In this document: in pieces, positions 9,394 through 18,740 of the stretch
Layout: the number at the start of each line of letters is the position of its first letter
Numbering within the stretch: the stretch's first letter is position 1
Position numbers and translations under genes: made by a program
DNA from: a virus
Direction: 5' to 3' (one strand)
Length of the DNA: 64,000 bases
Virus record (IMG/VR): IMGVR_UViG_3300022188_000006
Coordinates: 64,001 to 128,000 of that record
The notes under the pieces: generated by a model
The model's database searches: none
What the model saw: the letters and a program-made list of their open reading frames with translations, nothing else
What the model was told of the DNA's origin: nothing

Positions 9394-10148
9394 TCCGAGC
9401 TTGCGAGGGTCATTGTCATCTCTTCGCCGCACTGCACGCAGTCGACGGGTACCCGCATGTCAGGCCCGGGAAGTGCCTTGGTGAACTCTTCATCCACGAA
9501 GTCAATCACCGGAAGCGGGAGATTGTCAAAAAACTGTGGAGGCATCTCGCTTGCCGGAGTTCCGTTCCACTCGATCAGGCAACGCTCGTAGAGCGTATAG
9601 CTCGCGGCAACCGGATTCTTGTCCAGAAGTGGAGCAATGTCCACTTGGTCCTCGCCTTTTGGGAGCCTGAATGTGGCTTCAAGCTGGAGGTCTTGATCCG
9701 CGATGCTGAAGAGAATGTCACCGCCTTCTGCCTTAGCCTCATAGTCAGACACCAAGTCCTCGTATGTGCGAACCTTGATATCGTTCGTGAGGTCCATGGA
9801 AACGTCTAATTGCGCCCCGCAGACCCCGCACTTAACCTGCGAGTGCACGACACTGCCCAGTGAGATTTCGCGAATCTTCAGAAGAAGGAAATCCCGGTCT
9901 GCCACAAACAGCTTTTGGGTCAGTGCTGACCGAATCCTTGTCTCGCCCCCCACTTCGGTAAGACACTGACCCAGAAGCGCGTCTATTACCTTGGCCGGAT
10001 TTCGTCTCATCTCCGGCCTTGACACCATCTTCCGCGCTTTTCCTGTCATCGGAACAATAAGCGCGTCTCTCTTCAGTTCCCCATCCACCATAAGCCCACA
10101 GGGCAGACGCACCTCCGTAGCAGGTGCAACAGCACTCTCCATAGCCAT
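9357..10148 (-). CDS. Tail assembly chaperone
   Basis: LPCGL...L...DRDFLLL-IR...CGVC...FRLP-G-DQ...CVQC...DFL; position between tube and tape measure genes. Confidence 0.8.
   Translation of the reverse strand: MAMESAVAPATEVRLPCGLMVDGELKRDALIVPMTGKARKMVSRPEMRRNPAKVIDALLGQCLTEVGGETRIRSALTQKLFVADRDFLLLKIREISLGSVVHSQVKCGVCGAQLDVSMDLTNDIKVRTYEDLVSDYEAKAEGGDILFSIADQDLQLEATFRLPKGEDQVDIAPLLDKNPVAASYTLYERCLIEWNGTPASEMPPQFFDNLPLPVIDFVDEEFTKALPGPDMRVPVDCVQCGEEMTMTLASSDFLFRRPQRERT
9387..9393 (-). other. Programmed -1 ribosomal frameshift site TTTTTTG
   Basis: Zero frame TCG GAT TTT TTG. The heptamer is the one used in phage P2 gene E, at the canonical position. Confidence 0.8.
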
Positions 10149-10204
10149 CGTTCATCTCCTGTCACAGACAACTTACGCACTGTATTACTCATGCAGCACG
10201 CACG

Positions 10205-10720
10205 TCACAGAGTGCGCGCGGGAACAATGATATCCAGACCCTCGTGCTGTAGCACAAGAGTCTCAATCAGCACCTCGGATCCTTCGGCATTGAGATCGCT
10301 CACGCTGAGTTCCGAGGGCCAAGCAAGATGAAGCCGCCACTGACGCACCGGTTTCGTGTTCGGCTCGCCCTTGTCATAGAGGCTGATGTCAACAGTTCGA
10401 CGAAAGCCAGTACGTTCGGCGCCCGCCGGAACACCGTCGCCGATACCACCGTCAGAGCCGTACCTGGCCACCCCTTCTCTCCAGGCAAAGAGGAAGTTGT
10501 TGTTGGTGGCACCCTTCGTCAGCGTAACCGGGTCATAGTTGGTCAGCCCGGGCAGCTTCATCTTCCAGACCGGCTGATTCCCCTCACGGTATTCAACCAC
10601 GTCGGAAGACTCCTTGAGGCCCGAGACCTTTTGGAAGCCAATTTGCGCATTTCCGGCCCCGTTCACCACGACAGAGAACTTAAAACTGCGGAACGGATCG
10701 GCCATGGTAACGTCAGCCAT
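10205..10720 (-). CDS. Tail tube protein (T4 gp19-like)
   Basis: DPFRSFKF...GFQKVSGL...EYREG...KLPG...VTLTKG...W..AWPS...LNA....IETL.L.HEG. Confidence 0.93.
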   Translation of the reverse strand: MADVTMADPFRSFKFSVVVNGAGNAQIGFQKVSGLKESSDVVEYREGNQPVWKMKLPGLTNYDPVTLTKGATNNNFLFAWREGVARYGSDGGIGDGVPAGAERTGFRRTVDISLYDKGEPNTKPVRQWRLHLAWPSELSVSDLNAEGSEVLIETLVLQHEGLDIIVPARTL

Positions 10721-10733
10721 TTTCCTTCTCCTT

Positions 10734-11267
10734 TCAAGCCATTGCGGCTGTTCCCCTAGAAGGAGCCATGATCGTCTCCGGCGGCCCCGTATAAGAGAAC
10801 CTCACGCCTTCGTTTGCAACCGTCATGCTCAGTACCTGAACAGAAGACGTTTCGGCATCGAAGTCGCCAAACTTTATGTCTTTTGGCCAGGCAGCAATGA
10901 CGTTCCACTTAGCCACTGGTCCACTATTCTCCCCCTTAGCCCATGCGGTAATCTCTATAGGGGCACGCATCGGCCTGCTTGATGTCATAGCCAGCACTTC
11001 CTCAACACGCTCAAGCCAATTCCACAGTGACTGAACCTCATAGGTAACGCCGCGGCTAAAGGTGACGTCCGGGAAGTGCATACGGTCAGGCAATTTCCAA
11101 GGTGTCACAAAGTCAGTCAGCTCGCTCCATTCAAAAACGCCGACGCTCGCGCCGAGTCCAGAGACCTTCTGGAATCCTAACGCGAAATCGCCAATTCCGA
11201 GTGAGCGGCCCTGAATGCTCACATGGAATCTAAAAGAGCGAATGGGATCGGCGATATCTACAGGCAC
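10734..11267 (-). CDS. Second tail tube-family protein (gp19-like)
   Basis: Paralogue of 10205-10720 (DPIRSFRF, GFQKVSGL, AWPK, NEG). Confidence 0.88.
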   Translation of the reverse strand: MPVDIADPIRSFRFHVSIQGRSLGIGDFALGFQKVSGLGASVGVFEWSELTDFVTPWKLPDRMHFPDVTFSRGVTYEVQSLWNWLERVEEVLAMTSSRPMRAPIEITAWAKGENSGPVAKWNVIAAWPKDIKFGDFDAETSSVQVLSMTVANEGVRFSYTGPPETIMAPSRGTAAMA

Positions 11268-11285
11268 CTTCTCATCCTCGCGCCT

Positions 11286-11312
11286 GGGGTGCCGCCCTCA
11301 CAGCGGCACCCC
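11286..11312 (-). promoter_or_regulatory. GC-rich hairpin after sheath gene (stabiliser or weak terminator)
   Basis: Perfect 10-bp inverted repeat GGGGTGCCGC/GCGGCACCCC; no U-tract on the minus strand. Confidence 0.5.
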
Positions 11313-11326
11313 GTCTCTTTCCGCTG

Positions 11327-14300
11327 TTAGCCCCTACGCGCGATTTCCTCTTCGATGGTCGTACCACCGCTCCAGATACCGATGCGGAAGATAACGAACT
11401 CCGCTGGGAACGGAGGATTGATCCCGATCTCGCAGATCACGCGGCCATCCCGGATGTCGGCAATCGTGTTCGTCTCGTCATCACACTTCACGAAATACGC
11501 CTTCGTGTAGTCTGTGCTCGGGAACAACATCCCGCGGGTCCATAGGCTGTGCAGGAACTCAGCATTGACCGCCTCGACCTCAGCCCACAGCCTCGGGTCG
11601 ATGGGCTGGAATACCACCCAGCGGTTGCCGGCCTTGATCGACGCCTTCACAAAGTTGAGCAAACGCCGCACAGGGACGTAGTGACGCCCGTCGCGCAGAC
11701 TCGTAAGAGTACGAGCACCCCAGACCCGAATGCCTTCGCCCGGGAACTCCCGGATGCAGTTAATGCCAACCGGGTTCAGGATGTCCTGCTCGCCGTCACT
11801 CACGTTGTACGTCAGACCAAGGACGTTCCGCATCACGATGTTGGCCGGAGCAACATGCACGCCCCGTGTCGAGGCTACCTGAGCGTAAATACCCGCCATA
11901 TGTCCCGACGGAGGACGCTCGATAGTCGCCCCACTGTTGATTGGATCTCTCTCCAGCACCCACGGGTAGTACATCGCCACGTAGCTGCTATCTGCGTTGA
12001 GGTCATACATCCGATAGTTGTACACCTCGGTAGGCAAATCCGCATAGCGAGGCGGGTCGATGATGCACATGACGACACTGCGGTTCTCGCTGTAGCTGAT
12101 CATCTCGGTATGGACGATCTCGGTCGTCACGCCAGGAATGCAGAAGTAGTTCAGCTCCCGCACATCGTCCAGGAGGTACATACCCGACCGCGGATTCACG
12201 TCGCTGCCGATGAAGTCGTTATCAGTCGGGGTGGCCCCGTCCTGACCATGCTCAAGCGGCAGGGACACGACTGCGAGCGGGATGTTTCTCCAGAGGTCCG
12301 CAGGAGACGCATAGAGATCGATGAGTTCCACGATAAGCGACTCGTTGGTGTCACCGCTCAGGCGCACACCGAAGTAGTCGGAACTCTCTTCCTCCATGGA
12401 CAAGAACTGATGCGTCTCCTTCACAACGCCCTTCTCCAGCACCTGAACCATCCACTCCTCGCTGACAGCAAGCGCACCGGAAATGATGGTGTTGCTCAGG
12501 CTCACCGGAGCGAACCGAATCACGTTGCCGTCAATCGCCGTCACCTTCACATCCACCAGGTTGACCCCATCGCTGATGACCACTCGGGCACCGATCCGCA
12601 GCTGCCCCACAGACGCCACCGTGATGCGGTCAGCGCCATCCACAAGGTCTTCCATGGTGATCGTCGACATACGGTGCTGAGAGCAGGACTGGACAGGAGC
12701 ACCGGCAGGAATGATTCCAACCAGGTCGTCAATAAGTGGCAGAACGCTGACTTCGCGCGCGTTCACGTCGATTTCGGTCACAAGGCCGACATACCTCTTG
12801 CTGGCGAAGCTTGGATCATAGGTGTACAGGATATCGCCCTTGGACACGCCGCGGATAGACGAGAGTTGCAGCTTCGTGTCCCCGTTGAACACCTCACCAC
12901 GCAGCTCATGCTGCCAAGCGATTGTCCTGATCGACACGCTATTGCCCCAGGCCCCCGGATTCTCCGCTCGAACCAGGATGGACTCCATGAAGTCAGCGTC
13001 GGAACCACGATGCAGAGTGTTGTCGAAGCCCAACCCTTCGGCCGTGGTCGATGTCGCCACCTGAATCGTAGCAGAATCGCCGGTCGCCAGGGTCTCAATC
13101 ATTACTCCGCCGTTGGTCGTAGTTGTCGCGGAACCGCCCGAGATTGTAGCGTTCACTACATCGACGACCTCCTGAGCAGTGACCTTGTCGACATTCGCCA
13201 CGTTACCTGTACCCATGGTCACACCAACAGCGTGCATGAGAGCCGCAACCGCTGTCCCGCCGAGGATGTTGACCTTTGAGCCCGAACCGTATTGGTCGGC
13301 CTTGAAACTGAAAACATTCGCCGCAGCCGACATGGACCCGCCGCGAAGTCGCGGGTTCACGTAGTCCAGAACCTCCTGAACAGGAGCCGGGTTGGTCAGA
13401 CCCGTGAAAGTGATTGTTGTGGGGTCATAGCCGGAGAACTGGATCTGCAGTGTCTGCCCGTTCAAGTTGACAGGCACATAGGCACCGGACCCGTTGCGGA
13501 CCGCTTGCGTTCCTGTGAAGGTGAACACCTGTGTTGGCTGACCAGAGATGTCGACGTCGAGGTGCTCGCCTGCCTCCAGGTTGAACGGCTCCGTCAGCGA
13601 GGTGATGACCTTCGCAGAACTTCCAGCCGAGCCCCAGCCGTAGTGGATCTGATTATCAAAGTTGAAGGCAGACGCTGTCGTGCTTGCGGCGATCTGCACG
13701 GATACACTGGCGCCCTTCTCTACGGTAATAATCTGTAGTTCACCGTTCGGACTGGCTACTGCATAGGCGCCCTGCAAAGTGCCCAGCGCTGCTGCTGCGT
13801 CACTCGCGGTCACGCTGTCGATGTTCGGCACATTGCCCGTACCATATGCCTCGGTGATATCGTGACCGATGTCAGCTAAAGCTGTGCCACCGGTGATCTT
13901 CACGAAAGACCCGCTACCGATCTGGTCGGCCTGGAAGTCGATCTCGCCGCTGTTGACGATCGCCGAGCCACCTTGCAACAACGGGTTGAGGAAGTTCGCG
14001 ACATCGGTAGCGTTGGGATTCGCCGGCAAGCCGCTGAACGTGATCGTCGCCATGTCCCAGCCGGAGAACTGAATGAACAAGGTCTTACCGTTGATGTCGT
14101 TCCCGGTGAAGCCATTTCCGGAGACCAGCGCCTGAGTGCCGGTGAAGGTGAACACCTGGGTAGCATAACCGAGCACGTCGATGTCCAGATGCTCGCCGAC
14201 ATCCAGGTTGTAAGGACCAGCCGCACCTGCTACAACCTTTGCCGGACCTCCGCTATCGCCGGAATTCCGCATATTGGCCCAGCTCACGGCCGCGCCTTCA

Positions 14301-14566
14301 CCAACCACGCGCGCAATATACGCCCGTGTTCCGCCCTCATCGAAAAACGCCTCGACTGCGGGCTGTAGGTGGCTACCGCGGAAGATTTCCCCGCATCGCT
14401 CTTTGAACTGGTCCTTGTTTGTGACCAAAATGGCCCTGTCAATGGCGCCCTTCTCGGCGACACCGACAAAACCAGCTGTGTTCACACTGACACCAATCAC
14501 GCGCGGCCGACCAGCAGTCTCGACCACGTAAACTCCGGGGTGCAGTGTCTCGATAGCAACAGACAT
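11327..14566 (-). CDS. Contractile tail sheath protein with large insertions
   Basis: HPGVYVVE...AGFVG.AEKG...FFDEGG; C-terminal YYPW...PPSGHMAG..A...RGVH.APAN...LNPVGINCIR...RVWGARTL...VRRL...CD..TN...P..PAEFV.FRI. Confidence 0.95.
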   Translation of the reverse strand: MSVAIETLHPGVYVVETAGRPRVIGVSVNTAGFVGVAEKGAIDRAILVTNKDQFKERCGEIFRGSHLQPAVEAFFDEGGTRAYIARVVGEGAAVSWANMRNSGDSGGPAKVVAGAAGPYNLDVGEHLDIDVLGYATQVFTFTGTQALVSGNGFTGNDINGKTLFIQFSGWDMATITFSGLPANPNATDVANFLNPLLQGGSAIVNSGEIDFQADQIGSGSFVKITGGTALADIGHDITEAYGTGNVPNIDSVTASDAAAALGTLQGAYAVASPNGELQIITVEKGASVSVQIAASTTASAFNFDNQIHYGWGSAGSSAKVITSLTEPFNLEAGEHLDVDISGQPTQVFTFTGTQAVRNGSGAYVPVNLNGQTLQIQFSGYDPTTITFTGLTNPAPVQEVLDYVNPRLRGGSMSAAANVFSFKADQYGSGSKVNILGGTAVAALMHAVGVTMGTGNVANVDKVTAQEVVDVVNATISGGSATTTTNGGVMIETLATGDSATIQVATSTTAEGLGFDNTLHRGSDADFMESILVRAENPGAWGNSVSIRTIAWQHELRGEVFNGDTKLQLSSIRGVSKGDILYTYDPSFASKRYVGLVTEIDVNAREVSVLPLIDDLVGIIPAGAPVQSCSQHRMSTITMEDLVDGADRITVASVGQLRIGARVVISDGVNLVDVKVTAIDGNVIRFAPVSLSNTIISGALAVSEEWMVQVLEKGVVKETHQFLSMEEESSDYFGVRLSGDTNESLIVELIDLYASPADLWRNIPLAVVSLPLEHGQDGATPTDNDFIGSDVNPRSGMYLLDDVRELNYFCIPGVTTEIVHTEMISYSENRSVVMCIIDPPRYADLPTEVYNYRMYDLNADSSYVAMYYPWVLERDPINSGATIERPPSGHMAGIYAQVASTRGVHVAPANIVMRNVLGLTYNVSDGEQDILNPVGINCIREFPGEGIRVWGARTLTSLRDGRHYVPVRRLLNFVKASIKAGNRWVVFQPIDPRLWAEVEAVNAEFLHSLWTRGMLFPSTDYTKAYFVKCDDETNTIADIRDGRVICEIGINPPFPAEFVIFRIGIWSGGTTIEEEIARRG

Positions 14567-14610
14567 TTTGTTCCTCCAAGTCTATGAGGTCGGCTTACAA
14601 TCCGGCCCGC

Positions 14611-14823
14611 CTATTTCCTCATCTTCGCAGACACATCCAGAAGCGCCCTGTGCTCAAGAGCCTTTTGAATCTCGGGACTCTCGAACTGGGCTTTTGTGAG
14701 CGGCCGACTGACCTCATTCTTGGACAGGATTAACGACTCCCGCTGCCCCTTCTCGTTCTTCGTAGCAAGATTCAGGCACAGCATCATCCTGCTGATGTTT
14801 TTCACGTAGTACTTATTGTCCAT
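14611..14823 (-). CDS. Small hypothetical virion protein
   Basis: 70 aa, in the operon immediately before the sheath gene. Confidence 0.55.
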   Translation of the reverse strand: MDNKYYVKNISRMMLCLNLATKNEKGQRESLILSKNEVSRPLTKAQFESPEIQKALEHRALLDVSAKMRK

Positions 14824-14826
14824 TGG

Positions 14827-16146
14827 TCATGCCTCCACCGTTTCGACGTATTCCAGCCCGCCAACGGGATGGAAAAGGAATCTGATTTCTCTCGCCAAAG
14901 TCCTATCAACTGTCGCATCTCTCCGAAGCCACGTCTTACCAAATAGTGTACACGTATACTCCCTGACAAACAAGCCTTGAGCCACTCTGTGCGCAGGATT
15001 AAGAGGCGTGTCGACCGGTACAGGCATTGTTTCTCCGGTAGCCAATGACCGCACAAACCGGTGGTAACTGAGTGCCTCGTTCACTGCATCAGACAACCTT
15101 GTCGCTTCTGCTTTCAGGTCTGACTGGCAGGAAATCCTGAACTGAGCATCGAACCAAACGCGAGACAAGTGAGTCTTGGCATCCATATTCGCTTTGGAGA
15201 TGTCGTCAATTAGATTTCCGATGCGCAAGTCCCTTCTTTCTTTGACGGATCCGAGCTGTACAACCACAGAGGGAATCGAAGCTAGCTGGACAAACTCTTC
15301 TGCTGCGATGTAGATCGGAGGCCGAGCCATGAAGTTCGCCTCAATGTACCCCTCTTGAGGACTCGTCATCTGAATACCGCCTGCGACAAAACCTGCAAAG
15401 AGATTCGTGCTCCTGTTTGGATCCGTCGTCAGGTTGTAGACGGAGGCGGGCTCACTCAGTTCCTCCCACTTTTTGTCTTCAAGCATGATGACATCCGACG
15501 GTCCCGATGGCGGACAAGACCCTGCGGCACCAGAAACCGGCTGTGGAATCTGGACAAAGTATTGAGCCCTTATCCAACAGTATCGCTCCAACCAGTGCTT
15601 CATGCTCCGAAGCAGGTCATCTTGGAAGTCGAATGCGAGGTCTGCATAGATCGTAACCCGTTTCAGGCTCGGAGTGGCATCGCCATCGGCACTCGGACTT
15701 AGCCGCACTTTTATCCGCACTTGCTTTTCATTGGTAAGAGGGAAATTACGGATATACATGTCGACTTCGTGCTCTGTATTCCAGTCGTTGCTGCCAGCAA
15801 AGACCCATGTGGTACCGTTGTGCCAGAGCCATGTCGCACCATCGTCGTTTGATAATTGGTAACCCACGCTTCCGCCGAACTTGTCTGAACGATCAGAGCC
15901 GCTGGTCTGGACTTCCGTACCAAAGCCGAACAAGCTCACGATACCCTCCGCCTTCCAGTTCGGCAGTACCGCCCACGATTCCTTGTATTTGCCGACTGGC
16001 CAGTAACCACTCTCATCGTCCTTGAGTCTGCGCAATTGGAGTCCAAAGGTGTTGGTAATGCAAATGCGCGAAGCCCCGCCCGCATGGATAGGCGGCTGCA
16101 GCTCAATGTCATCCACGTTCTTAAACAGGATGTTATGTGCAGGCAC
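14827..16146 (-). CDS. Putative tail terminator / neck protein with N-terminal beta domain
   Basis: C-terminal IPSVVVQ...FDAQFRISC...LSDAV pattern and position between neck and sheath. Confidence 0.55.
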   Translation of the reverse strand: MPAHNILFKNVDDIELQPPIHAGGASRICITNTFGLQLRRLKDDESGYWPVGKYKESWAVLPNWKAEGIVSLFGFGTEVQTSGSDRSDKFGGSVGYQLSNDDGATWLWHNGTTWVFAGSNDWNTEHEVDMYIRNFPLTNEKQVRIKVRLSPSADGDATPSLKRVTIYADLAFDFQDDLLRSMKHWLERYCWIRAQYFVQIPQPVSGAAGSCPPSGPSDVIMLEDKKWEELSEPASVYNLTTDPNRSTNLFAGFVAGGIQMTSPQEGYIEANFMARPPIYIAAEEFVQLASIPSVVVQLGSVKERRDLRIGNLIDDISKANMDAKTHLSRVWFDAQFRISCQSDLKAEATRLSDAVNEALSYHRFVRSLATGETMPVPVDTPLNPAHRVAQGLFVREYTCTLFGKTWLRRDATVDRTLAREIRFLFHPVGGLEYVETVEA

Positions 16147-16147
16147 G

Positions 16148-16684
16148 TTACACCTTCGCTAACATTTGGTCCAGATACTTACCAACTACCTTGTCGACCT
16201 CTGCATCAATCTCTGCTTCAGCCGCCGCAAACACGGGTCGAGGCGGAATATGGAGAAACATTGTGCTCTTTCTGAGCGGTTTTCCTTGCGCTGCGAACCA
16301 CCTCCGCATTTTGCTCGTGACTCTGATGGTCGCGCCCCCCTCCATAATCTTAGCGATCATCTCCATGTCATCGCCTTTGGAGTTGCGCGGAACCAACATG
16401 CCGACCAGCGCGTACTTGTCACGAATCTCCTGCTGAATGCCTCGCAGGAAATCCCCTGTGTCTATTCGTGTCCTTGTACTCTTGCCTTGCTTCTGCCGGA
16501 ACCACTGCGTAACCGCACTCAACGGCGGAAACGCATTCTTCTGCTGTTCTAGCGTTTCCACAATCGTCACGTAAGCCAGGTCAGCCAAGTCCTCGATCAC
16601 AAGCTGCGCGACCAGACCCAGCTCTTCATGCAGCTTCTGGGTGGCGTGTGGAACCTCGAACTTGACTTCCCAATCCGGCATCAA
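16148..16684 (-). CDS. Neck / tail completion protein (virion morphogenesis family)
   Basis: PPLS..T...K....IDTG.F...IA.IMEGG...IPPRPVF. Confidence 0.75.
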   Translation of the reverse strand: MMPDWEVKFEVPHATQKLHEELGLVAQLVIEDLADLAYVTIVETLEQQKNAFPPLSAVTQWFRQKQGKSTRTRIDTGDFLRGIQQEIRDKYALVGMLVPRNSKGDDMEMIAKIMEGGATIRVTSKMRRWFAAQGKPLRKSTMFLHIPPRPVFAAAEAEIDAEVDKVVGKYLDQMLAKV

Positions 16685-17094
16685 ATGCTTTCCAGCTGCT
16701 TCCTCTGCTGCTCGAACTCCACCGAAATGAGCAGATGCCTACCCCTGTAGGGTCCGAGCGGAGAAACCTTGATTATGTTCAGGTCACAGACCACATCGTT
16801 TATCTTGATAATCCGGTCACCTTTTTGCAGACCCTCTTCGCCGATCTTTCGAAGCTCCTCGGGGCGGAACACAGCCGCCCCGGTGCTTTGTTCCGAGTCC
16901 CCCGTCTGCGAACGCTGCAGACGGAAGAAAGTTCTGTACCCCACGAGCTGGCCGACCAAGCACACATCTTTCTTGTATATCCTGTTGGCGACCGGCTCGC
17001 GGTAATCGTCGTTCATCGGCGTCATCGAGCCCCTGTCATAGATGCGAATCACGAAGTAGCACCTATTCATCCTCAAGGGCATTCTGGGCAGCAC
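16681..17094 (-). CDS. Head closure (stopper) protein
   Basis: Beta-rich 137 aa with LQKGDRI; position after the adaptor gene. Confidence 0.6.
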   Translation of the reverse strand: MLPRMPLRMNRCYFVIRIYDRGSMTPMNDDYREPVANRIYKKDVCLVGQLVGYRTFFRLQRSQTGDSEQSTGAAVFRPEELRKIGEEGLQKGDRIIKINDVVCDLNIIKVSPLGPYRGRHLLISVEFEQQRKQLESI

Positions 17095-17123
17095 AAGGAG
17101 CCCTCCTGACTACCGATACCTGA

Positions 17124-17330
17124 CTACAGCAGCGGAGAAATCTTGTCGTTCCAGATCTTGGTGCCCACAATGCTGCGAGCCTGGGCTTGAAGCAGCTCGT
17201 AGGTGCTCACCAGACCGGCAAGCTTCTCGTTCGCCGCCGCACTACCACCAGAGGTGTTCACCACCACCATACCGCTGATGTCCACGTTCCGAGGCGCATC
17301 CTGGAACCCAACGTTCGAGAGAACAGCCAT
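17124..17330 (-). CDS. Small hypothetical protein
   Basis: Start reassigned to ATG 17330 (AGGAG SD); 68 aa. Confidence 0.6.
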   Translation of the reverse strand: MAVLSNVGFQDAPRNVDISGMVVVNTSGGSAAANEKLAGLVSTYELLQAQARSIVGTKIWNDKISPLL

Positions 17331-17350
17331 CTCTTGCTCCTTTCTAAACG

Positions 17351-18265
17351 TTACGCCGTGCTTCCCACGTAAAGCATCGGACAACCAAACATCGTCAGAA
17401 TATCGTCCACTTCCGGATTACCGGTTGTGAACGCACCGCCGCCAGGACCGTAAGCCACAGGTAGAGCTGCGAGACTGTAAGAATAGCCCTCGACGCTCTC
17501 GCTCTGTAGTCTGTCAGCAAACCAGCGAGGTGAGTCCTCATCATCTTCGCGCCCGCGGCGCCCGATAGGCATGCGTTTGTCTCGAACCAACAGTATCGTT
17601 GCCATCTGGATCGGCGCTGGAACACGTCCATAGCGCACGACAGGAGATCCGGCCGAACAGGCGCAGCCAATTTTATCAACTGCGACATCGTTTCCCCTGA
17701 CGGCGTCGACAATCACTGCATCTGACTTCGGATATTCCTCTGATCCGACAAGAAGAACATCGGCATGCCTAATCCCTTCGGTGCTCGCGAGGTGCAGAAT
17801 CTGGTCCCCAGGATGCACATCCGCCGTCAATGTCGTCCGCACCGGGGAGAAGTCATCCTCTAACCAACCAAAAACTCCGTCCAAGGTCACAAACCGAGGT
17901 GTCCTCGGCAGCCTAGACCTGAAGCTGAGCATCTGAACTGTGCGCTCTTCGACCTGGTAAGCGATACTAGGTATTTCCACGTCTATCAAGCCCTCTTTGG
18001 CAATGCGCAGCGAAAACAGTTCCAAAATCGGCACAAAATTTGGCAGATGCACGATTGGACTGTTTCTTCCATCGACCTTCGCGCGTACTCGTACCGGCAA
18101 GAACCACTGCTGAGTGAGCCAGTTGATCAGATTGCTTGCATACCTTATGAGCCAATCTGCTCTGTCCGCGGGCAGATAATCCGCATCCAGTCCTTCCGCC
18201 CGCAGCATGTCTACCGTGACATACCGAAAAGCGTGGGACATGGGGCCTACATACGTTCTTGGCAC
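17351..18265 (-). CDS. Head-tail adaptor with inserted beta domain
   Basis: YVTVDMLR...I..AS..I...T.Q.F...G.FGW...VPAPIQMAT...SESVEGYSY. Confidence 0.75.
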   Translation of the reverse strand: MPRTYVGPMSHAFRYVTVDMLRAEGLDADYLPADRADWLIRYASNLINWLTQQWFLPVRVRAKVDGRNSPIVHLPNFVPILELFSLRIAKEGLIDVEIPSIAYQVEERTVQMLSFRSRLPRTPRFVTLDGVFGWLEDDFSPVRTTLTADVHPGDQILHLASTEGIRHADVLLVGSEEYPKSDAVIVDAVRGNDVAVDKIGCACSAGSPVVRYGRVPAPIQMATILLVRDKRMPIGRRGREDDEDSPRWFADRLQSESVEGYSYSLAALPVAYGPGGGAFTTGNPEVDDILTMFGCPMLYVGSTA

Positions 18266-18268
18266 GGA

Positions 18269-18652
18269 TTATCCTCTTGGCATAGAGCGCATCGGTCCAC
18301 GAATGCGCTTGCGCACGAAATGATAGTACAAGGTCGGATCAGCCATGATCTCGGTCGCCAAACGCCACTCCTGAGCCGACGGCACACCTTTGTCGCTCGG
18401 GAATTGCTTCGTGTTTACCATTGACCTGCGAAGCTCAGGATTGACCGGCGGAAACGGACCGATAGGGTTACCAGCAGCATCGGTCTCTCGATAATAGTAA
18501 ATCCCGCTCTCAGGAGACCCCATGCGCAAAAACCACTCGGCGTCCTCCTCGTTGTCTACCTCCGTCACATAGTTTTGCGAAAACCAGTAGACTTTTCCAC
18601 TTCGGCCTATCTGCTGTCTCGTTCCGCTATACCTATACTTGAAGTAGCGCAT
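18269..18652 (-). CDS. Hypothetical head-associated protein
   Basis: SGKVY.F...VTEVD.EDA.WFL; probable start at ATG 18652. Confidence 0.55.
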   Translation of the reverse strand: MRYFKYRYSGTRQQIGRSGKVYWFSQNYVTEVDNEEDAEWFLRMGSPESGIYYYRETDAAGNPIGPFPPVNPELRRSMVNTKQFPSDKGVPSAQEWRLATEIMADPTLYYHFVRKRIRGPMRSMPRG

Positions 18653-18711
18653 CTGCAAGCCTTTGCAACACACAAAGACAGACACGAGAGAAACACCTCT
18701 CGCTTTCTTTT

Positions 18712-18740
18712 AGTTTACAGATATCACCGCTCGCTTGCAA
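18712..18740 (-). promoter_or_regulatory. Sigma70-like promoter for neck/tail genes
   Basis: TTGCAA-N17-TAAACT on the minus strand. Confidence 0.55.

Noticed and set aside
11549-13279. 576-aa plus-strand ORF (likewise 19538-20908, 38046-39335, 6560-7687, 21607-22494)
   Set aside because: Antisense shadows of codon-biased minus-strand genes; no recognisable motifs.
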